Program-made: the position numbers and the translations under genes
DNA from: an uncultured delta proteobacterium
Lineage (GTDB): Bacteria > Myxococcota_A > Polyangia > Fen-1088
Reading direction: 5' to 3'
DNA: 64,000 bases
Assembly (NCBI GenBank): GCA_963767925.1
Contig: CAVYGB010000002.1
Span: 384,001 to 448,000 of the forward strand
The notes under the pieces: generated by a model
Told to the model about the DNA's origin: nothing
Seen by the model: only the letters and a program-made list of their open reading frames with translations
The model's database searches: none
Shown: positions 19,275 to 29,249 of the stretch, in pieces
Position numbering within the stretch: the first letter of the stretch is position 1
Layout: every line of letters begins with the position of its first letter

Positions 19275-20879
19275 CTAGGGCGCCCACCAGTTGCCGGACA
19301 TCACGATCAGCGACAGCAGGCGGACCGTGTCGGCGTGTCCGTCGGCCGGGTTGACCGTGTTGCCGGCGCTGACCCGGTTCCAGATGGCGTCGAGCCAGGG
19401 CTGGTACTTGGCGTCGACGATGGCCGCCGCGCCCAGGGGCCCCTCGAACAGGAAGCTGCCGCTGCCGCCGAGCGCGCTCGAGTCGTCGAGGCGGTAGCCG
19501 TCGACGATCATGGCCGGGTTGCCCATGGTCTTGGGACCGCTGATCCAATCGCTGATCTTGCTGAGGACGGCCTTGGCCCGGGCCGCCGGCTCCCCCGAGC
19601 TGGTGAGGAAGTCGGAGGCGATGCGCAGGGGCACCCGGGCCGCAGTGTAGCTGTAGCGGCCGTCGTTGGCCCCGTTGCCGTTGGACCAGTTGGCCGGCGC
19701 GGGCGACGGGATGGTGGTGACGTTGACGATGAAGTCCGGCAGCAGGCCGGTCACCGGGCTGTTGTTGTCCTGGATCGACTTCAGCACCGAGTGGCTGGCG
19801 TCGATGGCCCCCATCCAGAAGGCGTCGGTGGTGACGGCGGAGAAGGCCCGGAAGTGCCCCGGCATGAGGTCCGAGCTGCGCAGGCCGATCGAGAACTTCG
19901 GATCGGGCGGCGCGCCGGCGTCGACGGCGGGCTGGCTGGTCGAGACCCAGTCCCCGAGCACCGGGAGCCCCATGGCGGTCATGTCGCTGACCTTGATGGC
20001 CCCGATCATGTCGCGGGCCAGGGCCAGGTAGTTGACCGGGCCGGCGCTGCCCCACTGCTTGTCGGCCATCAGCAACGACAGGGCGATGTCGAGGTCCCCG
20101 TCGGTCTGCGACTCGGCGTTGGCGATCATCGCCGGGCAGCCGCTCGGGATGTCGCGGGCCATCAGCTTGGGGTTCTTGGTGCTGCGGAACCGCTGCACGT
20201 ATTTGAGGAGGGCGTCGTAGCTTTGCTGGGCCCGCATATCGCCGGTCGCCATGACGACGGTGATCAACATGCCCATGCCCTGCAGCGACGACACCGCCTG
20301 CTGGCTGCCGAAATCCTCGGGGGCATCGACGTAGGCGAAGCCGTTGCAAGCGCCCGAGGTGATGGTCCGCAGGTAGGCGGTCCGCCACTTCTCGTAGAAC
20401 GACATGACCGCCTGGTCGAGGGTGGCCTGGGCGCAGCCGCCGGTGCCGGTCGCGCCGCCGTCGGCGCCCACCGGGGCGCAGTTGCTCGGCCGGATGGTGC
20501 CGGTCGGGTAGGCCATGGGGTGGCTGAAGAAGGGCCGCATCGCCGCCGCGGAGGGCCCACCGTCGCCGGTGGTGGCGTCGCCCGGACGGGCGTCGCCGCT
20601 GGCGCTGCCGCCCTCGGAGACCGAGCCGTCGCCGCTGGCGGCGTCGACCGCGGGCGCATCGACGGCCGTGCCGCCGCTGCCGCCACCGCCGGTGCCGGCC
20701 GTGCCCACGTTGCTGCCGCCGCGCCCGCCGCTGCCGCCGCGCCCACCGGCGCCCGCGCTGGGGGCGGGACCGCCGCCGGTGCCGCCGGGCGGCTCGGGGT
20801 CTTCACGACACCCGACAGGGACGATCACCAGCGCGCAAACGGCCACGCATACCAAACGCTGCGCAACGAAACTGGTCAT
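19275..20879 (-). CDS. GH8-like glycoside hydrolase lipoprotein (catalytic residues atypical)
   Basis: AGGAG RBS, lipobox IVPVGC, Gly-rich linker, FYEKWR, TDGDLDIALSLLMADKQWG, LGDWV, RSSDLMPGHFRAF, TGLLPDF, YSYTAARVPLR, GYRLD, LIVMSGNWWAP. Confidence 0.85.
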   Translation of the reverse strand: MTSFVAQRLVCVAVCALVIVPVGCREDPEPPGGTGGGPAPSAGAGGRGGSGGRGGSNVGTAGTGGGGSGGTAVDAPAVDAASGDGSVSEGGSASGDARPGDATTGDGGPSAAAMRPFFSHPMAYPTGTIRPSNCAPVGADGGATGTGGCAQATLDQAVMSFYEKWRTAYLRTITSGACNGFAYVDAPEDFGSQQAVSSLQGMGMLITVVMATGDMRAQQSYDALLKYVQRFRSTKNPKLMARDIPSGCPAMIANAESQTDGDLDIALSLLMADKQWGSAGPVNYLALARDMIGAIKVSDMTAMGLPVLGDWVSTSQPAVDAGAPPDPKFSIGLRSSDLMPGHFRAFSAVTTDAFWMGAIDASHSVLKSIQDNNSPVTGLLPDFIVNVTTIPSPAPANWSNGNGANDGRYSYTAARVPLRIASDFLTSSGEPAARAKAVLSKISDWISGPKTMGNPAMIVDGYRLDDSSALGGSGSFLFEGPLGAAAIVDAKYQPWLDAIWNRVSAGNTVNPADGHADTVRLLSLIVMSGNWWAP

Positions 20880-21310
20880 GACTAGGCTCCTTAACCTGAG
20901 AGAGGGGCCGAACCGACAGAACCGGCAGCGGCGCCTCATGGTAGGGCAGGGTCGTACAGCAGCGCAAGCAACTACCATCTTGCGCGCCTGGACCGACATG
21001 GTCGCGCGAGGCCGGATGTGCGCCGGGCTCTCACGCTTGTGTACATGAGCGGAGGAGCGGGAAAGCCCCCCGGTCTCGCCCGCGGGATCCCCACGCCCCC
21101 GTAACGAAAGCCGAAACCCGCGCGCCCGCGCCGCCACCCGCCGCCCGCGGGCGACAGCGTTGGGACCGCGGACACGCCCGTGGCGCCCGCCGCCGCGCGC
21201 CCCGACGGTGCGCGATCCGCGCGCCAGATCCGCGCAGGCCGCTGCGCGCCAGGCGGCCGATCCGCGTACCACCGGAGGCAGGGCCGCCCGCGCGCTTTCG
21301 ACCCCGGAGA

Positions 21311-21470
21311 CCCCTCACCCCTTCCCTCTCCCCGCTCCGCGGGGTGAGGGCGAACGGACAACCGAGAGCGAAAATCTCGGACGAACCCGCCGTGAAACCC
21401 TCTCCTCGGGAGGGTGATCGGGGCACCTGGCGGATTGTTCGCCCTCGCCCCGCGGCAGGGGGGAGAGGGG
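21311..21470. repeat. REP-like doublet (inverted arms, REPIN/MITE-like)
   Basis: CCCCTCACCCCTTCCCTCTCCCCGCTCCGCGGGGTGAGGGCGAAC, an 80-bp spacer, then GTTCGCCCTCGCCCCGCGGCAGGGGGGAGAGGGG. Spacer ends resemble those of the 61.7 kb copy. Confidence 0.8.
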
Positions 21471-21541
21471 CGTCCGGGGCGGGATCGAGACCGTTCGGTG
21501 CCTTCCCGGGCGCGGCCCCGTCTTTGCTGGGAAGGGCGGGC

Positions 21542-22312
21542 ATGACCACCGTCGATCTCGAGACGGCCCGGCAGGCGCGCGGGCTCCGCCTCGTCGTCCT
21601 CGCCTCGGTGCCGAGCGCCTGGGCCGAGGCGGCCAAGGCGATCCTCCACGTCAAGGGCCTGCCCGCGCTCGTGCACCGCTGCGAGCTTCGCGCCCCCGCC
21701 GTCCGGGCCTGGACCGGCGTGCACAACAACCCCGTGCTCATGCACGACGACGATCCCCCGCGCAGCCACTGGAGCGAGATCCTCGCCCTCGCCGAGCGCC
21801 TGGCCCCCGGTCCGGCCCTGCTGCCCGCCGACCGCGGACTGCGCCTGCGGGTCCTCGGCCTGGCCCACGAGATCGTCAGCGAGGGGGGCCTGCTGTGGGC
21901 GGGGCGCCTGCTGATGATCGATCTCTCGCTGACCTCCGAGGGCCAGCGCGGCTTCTCGGTCCCGGTCGCCCGCTACCTCGCCGGAAAATACGGCTACGCG
22001 CCCGAACGGGTGCCGGCCGCCCGCCGGCGGGTCGAGGAGGTGCTGGCCGCGCTGGCCGGAGATCTCCGCCGTAGCCGCGCCGCCGGCAGCGACTACGTGA
22101 TCGGGCCCACCCTCACCGCCGCCGACCTCTACGCCGCGACCGCGCTGTCCCCCTTCGCCCTGCTCCCCGACGACCTCTGCCCCCTCCCGCCCGGGATGCG
22201 CGAGGTGTTCAGCGCGCTATCTGACCACCTGCGCCCCCTGGTCCCGCCCGAGCTGATCGCGCACCGGGATCTGGTCTACCGCCGCCACCTGGAGCTCCCG
22301 ATGGTGCTGTGA
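21542..22312 (+). CDS. Glutathione S-transferase-like protein
   Basis: PSAWAEAAKAILHVKGL, NNPVL, WSEILALAERL, YVIGPTLTAADLY (GST C-terminal motif), LIAHRD. Confidence 0.7.
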   Translation: MTTVDLETARQARGLRLVVLASVPSAWAEAAKAILHVKGLPALVHRCELRAPAVRAWTGVHNNPVLMHDDDPPRSHWSEILALAERLAPGPALLPADRGLRLRVLGLAHEIVSEGGLLWAGRLLMIDLSLTSEGQRGFSVPVARYLAGKYGYAPERVPAARRRVEEVLAALAGDLRRSRAAGSDYVIGPTLTAADLYAATALSPFALLPDDLCPLPPGMREVFSALSDHLRPLVPPELIAHRDLVYRRHLELPMVL

Positions 22313-22393
22313 GCGCGCTCGGCAGGGGTCCAGATCGGGGGAGAGCCTCGGAGTGCCTGGCCCGGGATCCAGGGCGCGAAACACCGAGGCCGG

Positions 22394-23765
<1,372 letters not shown>

Positions 23766-23788
<23 letters not shown>

Positions 23789-25121
23789 GGACCTGGTCGG
23801 GGGCGATGGCCCCGCTGGTGGAGAGCACCTCGGGCAAGGTGACGGTGGCGGTGGTGCCGCCGTCGGGGACGCTGGCGAACTCCAGGCGCCCGCCGTGCTG
23901 GGTGATCACGGTGCGGGCCAGGACCACGCCGAGGCCGGTGCCCTCGGCCCGGGTGGTGAAGAAGGGGGTGCCGAGCTTCTCGAGCACAGCCGCGGTCATG
24001 CCCCGGCCGGTGTCGCGGATGCGCAGCACCCGCTGGGGGCCCTGGCGCGCGACCTCGAGCGAGACCTTGCCCCCGCGGGGGGTGGCCTCGAGGGCGTTGG
24101 CCGCCAGGTTGAGGACCGCTTCCTCGAGGCGGCGGCCGTCGCCGGCCAGCATGAGGGTGCCGCCGGTGCGCTCGAGCTTGACGCCGGTGGAGGCGGCCCG
24201 CCCCTCCAGCAGGGCCACCACGTTGTCGGCGACGGCGGCGAGGTCCACCGCGCCCACCCGCAGATCCTCGAGGGGGCGGGAGAAGCCGAGGTAGTCGCGC
24301 AAGATGGCCTCCATGCGGGCCACCTCCCGGGTCAACACCTCCAGGCGGCGGTGTGAGCGCTCTTCGGTGGCGGCCGACAGCTCGAGCTGCAGCAGGCTCT
24401 TGACCGCGGCCAGGGGGTTCTTGAGCTCGTGGGCGACCTTGGCTCCTACCTGCTCGAGCGAGCGGACCCGGCGGATGGCGGCCTCCAGGGCCTGCTCGCG
24501 CAGCGACTCGAGGGTGCGGCTCTGGGAGGCGAAGCCCTCGCTGAGCGCGAGCACCGAGTGGCAGCCGAAGGCCACGCAGGCCAGGAGGTTGAACACAACG
24601 AGGGCCTGGTAGTGGGGCGAGGGGACGGGGGGCCCGGTGAGCGAGGCGGGCAGGAACGCCAGCACGAAGGCGCTGGCGATGAAGGTGCTGGCGATCATCT
24701 TGGCGGGCAGGGTCCAGCGCAAGATGGCGACGGTGGTGATGACCGGGGCGACGAGGATCGGCAACATCGGGCTGCGCAGGGCGCCGGTGGTGGCCAGGGC
24801 GGAGGTGATGAACAGGCCGCCCATGACCAGCCACAGCCAGAGGGCGCCGGGGGTCAGGCGGCGGGTGCGGGGGTGGATGAAGCTGCCGACCGCGATCGCC
24901 ATCGGCAGGACGGCGATGGCCAGCAGCACCGCCAGGCGTCGGCCGGGATAGCCGGCCTGGGCAAGCACGGCGAGGTTGGTGCCGATGACGATGGCCATGA
25001 ACAGGGGCCGCTGCCGGACGAAGCGCTGCCCCTCGACGGTGGACAGCTCGCAGCCCCCGCACTCCTTGATCCAGGTCGACAGGCGTCCTTCGCCGGCGGT
25101 TGTCGTGGGCATCGCGTCCAT
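23766..25121 (-). CDS. Membrane sensor histidine kinase
   Basis: Multiple TM segments, AHELKNPL, NLAANALEA, DTGRGM, PFFTT, GTGLG. Confidence 0.93.
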
Positions 25122-25367
25122 CCCGTCTTCCCTCCAGTCTTACAGCAAGTCCGGCGCCAGCCCATCGCCGGGCGAACAGCGGTCCGATCCCGGCCGATCG
25201 CCCGGGGAAAGAGGCGATCCAGGGGGCCGGGTCGGCCGGCGGCACGGCGGGGTGCCGGAAAACCGGCGTCGGGGTGGATGGGCGATGTTCCCCTGCACTG
25301 TCCTACTCCTGAGCCCGCGTTGCGGGGCGCGTCCGTCGGGGGCCTCGGCGCCGCATCGATCGGCGCT

Positions 25368-26900
25368 TCAGCGGGCCTGGTCGAGCACGGCGAGGTCGCG
25401 GCCGAGGGCGTGGCGCAGGCGGGCGCCGGCGATGCGCTGGTCGACGCGGGTGGCGATGGCCTCGAGCTGGGCCCGCGACCGCTCGGTCTCGGCGTCGGTC
25501 AGCTCGACGCTGGTGGCGCGCCCGTTCTGGAAGAGCGCGCGCCGCACCCGGTACGACTCCTCGGCGGCGGCCAGGCCGCGGGCGGAGCTGGCGCTGGCGA
25601 CGCGGGCCTCCAGCAGGGCCTCGCGGGCCTGGATCACCTCGAGCTCGATGCCGTCGGCGAGGGCGGCGCGTTCGGCCTCGAGCTGGCGGGCGCGGGCCAG
25701 GGTGGCGGAGCGGCCGGCCTCGCTGCCGAGGAGATCGGTGGGCGACCAGGTGAGCTGCACGCTCGCGTCCCAGGTGCCCTTGTAGCGATCCTGCTGGGGG
25801 AAGATGCGGCCGTTGGGGTTGGCGTAGGTGGCGCTGGCCACCGCGTCCAGGCGGGGCAGGCCGGCGGCCCGCTGCGCGCCGGCCTGGGCCCGGGCGGCGC
25901 CGGCGCCCTCCAGCAGCGCGCGCGGCTCCAGCCGGCGGGCCAGGGCTTCGTCGAGCAGGGCGCGGGGGGTGGCGGCGGTGGCGTCCTGCAGGTCGGCGAG
26001 CTCGGCCGGCTCGCGCAGGTCCTCGCCGACGGCGTAGGTCTGGCCGCTGTCGTCGTGCATGAGGACGCGCAGGCGCTCCTCGGTGACGGTGGTGGCGGTT
26101 CGGGCGCGGGCGACCAGCACCTCGGCGGTGGCGACCTGCGACTCCACCCGCAACACGTCGGCCTTCGAGGCGGCGCCCGAGGCGTGGGCGGCGCCGACGT
26201 CGCGCAGGTGGGCCTCGGCCTGGGCGAGCGCCTGCCGGGCCACGTCGGCCTGCAGCCGGGCCCGCGTCCAGGCGTAATAGGCGACGCGGCCGTCGGCGGC
26301 GGCGCGCACGCGGGCGGCCTGCTCGAGCAGGGTGGCCGAGCGGGCGCTGGCCCGGGCGGCCTCGTGCAGGCGAGGCAAGCGGAGGAGGTAGTCGGACAGC
26401 GGGAGCTGCAGGGAGGCCTGGGTCGTGTATTGATCGAGGATCACCGGGAAGCTGAGGGGGAAGGCGAGCAGCGGGGTGCCGGCGGGCAGCGGACCGGGGG
26501 GCACGTCGCCCGGCACGCCCACCAGGTTGCCGAGGGCCGGCTGCTCGATCGACGACAGCCGCGTGTAGCGGGCCACGCCCGAGAGGCGGGGTACGAAGGC
26601 GGCGCGCGCCTGGTCGATGACGGCGTCGGCGGCGGCCTTCTCCTCGGCGCGGGCCCGCGCGTCCCGGCTGGTGGCGGCCGCCCGCTGCGCCACCTGCTCG
26701 GCGGTGAGGCCGCCGGGGGTGGGTGGGCCGAACAGCGCCGAGAGGCTCTCCCCGGCGGGCGCCGGCGATCCGGCAGGTGCCGCCGCGCCGGCCGGCGGGG
26801 AGGTCTGGGCGACCGCCGGCGCGGCGGCGGTGAGCACGACAGCGACGGCCGTTACAGCGACGGCGGCGAGCAGCGAGGACGACGGAGAGGGACGTTGCAC
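25368..26900 (-). CDS. TolC-family outer membrane efflux protein
   Basis: Signal peptide, PRLSGVARYT, SKADVLRVESQVA, LPRLD, GRATSVELTDAE; AGGAG RBS. Confidence 0.88.
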   Translation of the reverse strand: MQRPSPSSSLLAAVAVTAVAVVLTAAAPAVAQTSPPAGAAAPAGSPAPAGESLSALFGPPTPGGLTAEQVAQRAAATSRDARARAEEKAAADAVIDQARAAFVPRLSGVARYTRLSSIEQPALGNLVGVPGDVPPGPLPAGTPLLAFPLSFPVILDQYTTQASLQLPLSDYLLRLPRLHEAARASARSATLLEQAARVRAAADGRVAYYAWTRARLQADVARQALAQAEAHLRDVGAAHASGAASKADVLRVESQVATAEVLVARARTATTVTEERLRVLMHDDSGQTYAVGEDLREPAELADLQDATAATPRALLDEALARRLEPRALLEGAGAARAQAGAQRAAGLPRLDAVASATYANPNGRIFPQQDRYKGTWDASVQLTWSPTDLLGSEAGRSATLARARQLEAERAALADGIELEVIQAREALLEARVASASSARGLAAAEESYRVRRALFQNGRATSVELTDAETERSRAQLEAIATRVDQRIAGARLRHALGRDLAVLDQAR

Positions 26901-26938
26901 GATCGGGCTCCTTGCGCGGGTTGCGTGAGAGCCCGGAC

Positions 26939-26954
26939 TTCAAGCGCTGTGCCA
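26939..26954 (-). promoter_or_regulatory. Putative sigma54 promoter of the TolC gene (TGGCACAGCGCTTGAA)
   Basis: TGGCAC-N5-TTGA about 40 bp upstream of the start; the -12 element reads GA instead of GC. Confidence 0.5.
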
Positions 26955-26976
26955 CCACGAGCGCAGGGCGCGGAGG

Positions 26977-27223
26977 CCCCTCACCCCTTCCCTCTCCCCG
27001 CTGCCGCGGGGCGAGGGCGAACACCCACTTCGGTGCCACCACATCATTCGAGCGAGGGCGGCGGATCTCCTTGCCGGGCGCCGCCGGCGGCGCACGCGCC
27101 CAGGGCGAGCGCGAGGCAGCAGGAGGACACGAGCGGCGTTCCTGCGGCTCCAACCCGTAATTTGGCTCCCCCTTGCCCGTTCGCCCTCGCCCCGCGGCAG
27201 CGGGGAGAGGGTGGGGTGAGGGG
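26977..27223. repeat. REP-like doublet carrying a duplicated gene fragment
   Basis: Inverted arms at 26977-27022 and 27179-27223; internal 27067-27140 matches 27430-27511. Confidence 0.85.
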
Positions 27224-27249
27224 TCTGCGATTCGACCCGTGCGGGTGCT

Positions 27250-27531
27250 CTAGGGCGCGGGTGGGCCGGCGTCGGCGTTTTCTTGCGGGGTGGAGACCAC
27301 CTTCACGATGGGCTTTTCCCCGTTGGGGCAGACGAACTCGACGGTGCGCTGGTCCTTGAGGCGGTCGGTGGGCTGGCCGCCGCCGGGGCAGGTGACGGTG
27401 GCGCGGGTGCCGGGATAGACGTTGATGACCTCCTTGCCGGTCGCCGCCGGCGGCGCGGTGGCACACGCGCCCAGGGCGAGCGCGAGGCAGCAGGACAACA
27501 CGAGCGGCGTTGGCGAGCGGACGGCGGTCAT
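27250..27531 (-). CDS. Small lipoprotein (93 aa) of unknown function
   Basis: GGAGG RBS; MTAVRSPTPLVLSCCLALALGAC lipobox; two further Cys in CPGG and CPNG. Confidence 0.7.
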   Translation of the reverse strand: MTAVRSPTPLVLSCCLALALGACATAPPAATGKEVINVYPGTRATVTCPGGGQPTDRLKDQRTVEFVCPNGEKPIVKVVSTPQENADAGPPAP

Positions 27532-27924
27532 GACTGCCTCCTTCTGATGATGGAGCGGGTCGGGGAGCGCGCTCCCGCCGGCGATCTTAACGCCGAGCCG
27601 CCGCGGCGTCAGGTAGTCCCAGCGTGGGTGGGTGTACCCTGGCGGGGTGCCGGAGATCCGGCTGGCGCCGCCAATCCGGCCGGCAGGGGGGGCCGGGGGC
27701 GCTGCCGGAAAGGCGGCGGTGAGGAGGGGCACGGCGCGCCGCGTTGGAGCCCGCGCGGCTGTCCGCCGAGGCAGCGGACGGACAGGTGTCGGCGGACAGC
27801 GGACGGGAGCGGGGGCGGGCACGCCGAGCCGGGCGCCTCTCACCCGATGCGCAGACGCGCCGACTTCTCCCGCAGCGGGAGAGGTGATCGGGCTCCGGCT
27901 CGAGCGAACGCCGACAGGGGGCCT

Positions 27925-27940
27925 TGGCTTGCGGTGTGCA
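27925..27940 (+). promoter_or_regulatory. Putative sigma54 promoter of the MFP-RND operon (TGGCTTGCGGTGTGCA)
   Basis: GG-N10-GC spacing about 30 bp upstream of the start; a sigma54 activator gene is nearby. Confidence 0.5.
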
Positions 27941-27971
27941 AAGGGCCGGGGGGCAACCTGGAGGAATGTTC

Positions 27972-29054
27972 ATGAACGCTTCGAAATGGTCCTTCGCCAT
28001 CGCCCTGCTGGCGCCGGTGCTCGCGGGATGCGGCGTGCGGGCCAAGGCAGCCGCGCCGGCCACATCGGCTGCGGCCGCGCCGGCGCTGGCGGTGAAGACG
28101 GCGGCGGTGGTGGCGCAGGCCCTGCCCCGCACGCTCACCTTGACCGGGACGTTGACCGCCAACCGGGAGTCGGGGGTGGCGGCCGACCTGGCGGGAAAGG
28201 TGGCGGAGATCTTCGTCGAGCGCGGCAGCCGCGTGCGCGCGGGGACGCCCCTGGCCAGCCTGGATCGCCGGCAGGCGGACCTTGTCGAGGACGAGGCCCG
28301 CTCGCAGGCCGCCGCCGTCGCCTCGCAGTCGGCGCTGGCCCAGTCCGAGTGCGCCCGGGCCGAGAAGCTGTTCGCCGAGGGGGCCATCAACCAGGCCGAG
28401 TTCGACCGGAGCAAGACCCAGTGCCAGGCCGCCGCCCTCAGCGCCCAGGCCGCCGAGGCCCGCAGCCAGCTCGCCGGCAAGACGGTCACCGACCTCGTCA
28501 TCCGCGCGCCTTTCGCCGGGGTGATCGCCGACCGCTTCATCAACCCCGGTGAATACGTGCGCCCCGACAGCAAGGTGGCGACGGTGGTGCAGCTCCACCC
28601 GCTGCGGCTGGAGCTGTCGGTGCCCGAGCACGCGCTGTCCGCCTTCGGGGTGGGGGCAGAGGTGGCCTTCTCGGTGGCGGCCTGGCCGGGTCAGAGCTTC
28701 ACCGGCAAGGTGCGCTTCATCGGCGCGACCGTGCGACGGGCGACCCGCGACCTGCTCGTCGAGGCGGTGGTCGACAACAAGGACGAGCGCCTGCGCCCCG
28801 GCATGTTCGCGGTGGCGGAGGTCAAGCTCGGCGAGGTGGTGCTGCCGGTGGTCCCCCGCACCGCCCTGCGCACCGACGCCCGCGCCGGCACCGACCGCCT
28901 CTACGTCGTGCAGAGCGGCCGGGTGGAGGAGCGCCTGGTGCACACCGGCGCCGCCGCCGGGGAGCTGATCGCCATCCAGGCCGGCGTCAAGGCCGGCGAG
29001 CAGGTGGTGCTCGCCCCCGCGACCAACCTGCGCGACGGCATGCCCGTCCGCTGA
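27972..29054 (+). CDS. RND efflux periplasmic adaptor (MFP), lipoprotein
   Basis: VLAGC lipobox, GKVAEIFVERGSRV, IRAPFAGVI, LRPGMFA, GVKAGEQVV. Confidence 0.92.
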   Translation: MNASKWSFAIALLAPVLAGCGVRAKAAAPATSAAAAPALAVKTAAVVAQALPRTLTLTGTLTANRESGVAADLAGKVAEIFVERGSRVRAGTPLASLDRRQADLVEDEARSQAAAVASQSALAQSECARAEKLFAEGAINQAEFDRSKTQCQAAALSAQAAEARSQLAGKTVTDLVIRAPFAGVIADRFINPGEYVRPDSKVATVVQLHPLRLELSVPEHALSAFGVGAEVAFSVAAWPGQSFTGKVRFIGATVRRATRDLLVEAVVDNKDERLRPGMFAVAEVKLGEVVLPVVPRTALRTDARAGTDRLYVVQSGRVEERLVHTGAAAGELIAIQAGVKAGEQVVLAPATNLRDGMPVR

Positions 29055-29249
29055 GCCCAGCCAGGCACCCCCTCCCCTGCCCGTTTACCTCCGCTGCGGC
29101 CGTCTGCGGCCGGGCGCAGACGGGTAAGGGTGCAGGGCGGTTGCCCGGTCGGGCGCTCCCTCACCCGCCGCGTGCAGCCGCGCGCCTCCCTTCCTTCCAC
29201 ACGTAACCTCTCGCAACTCCCGCCTCCCGTCCTCGTCAGGAGACTCCCC

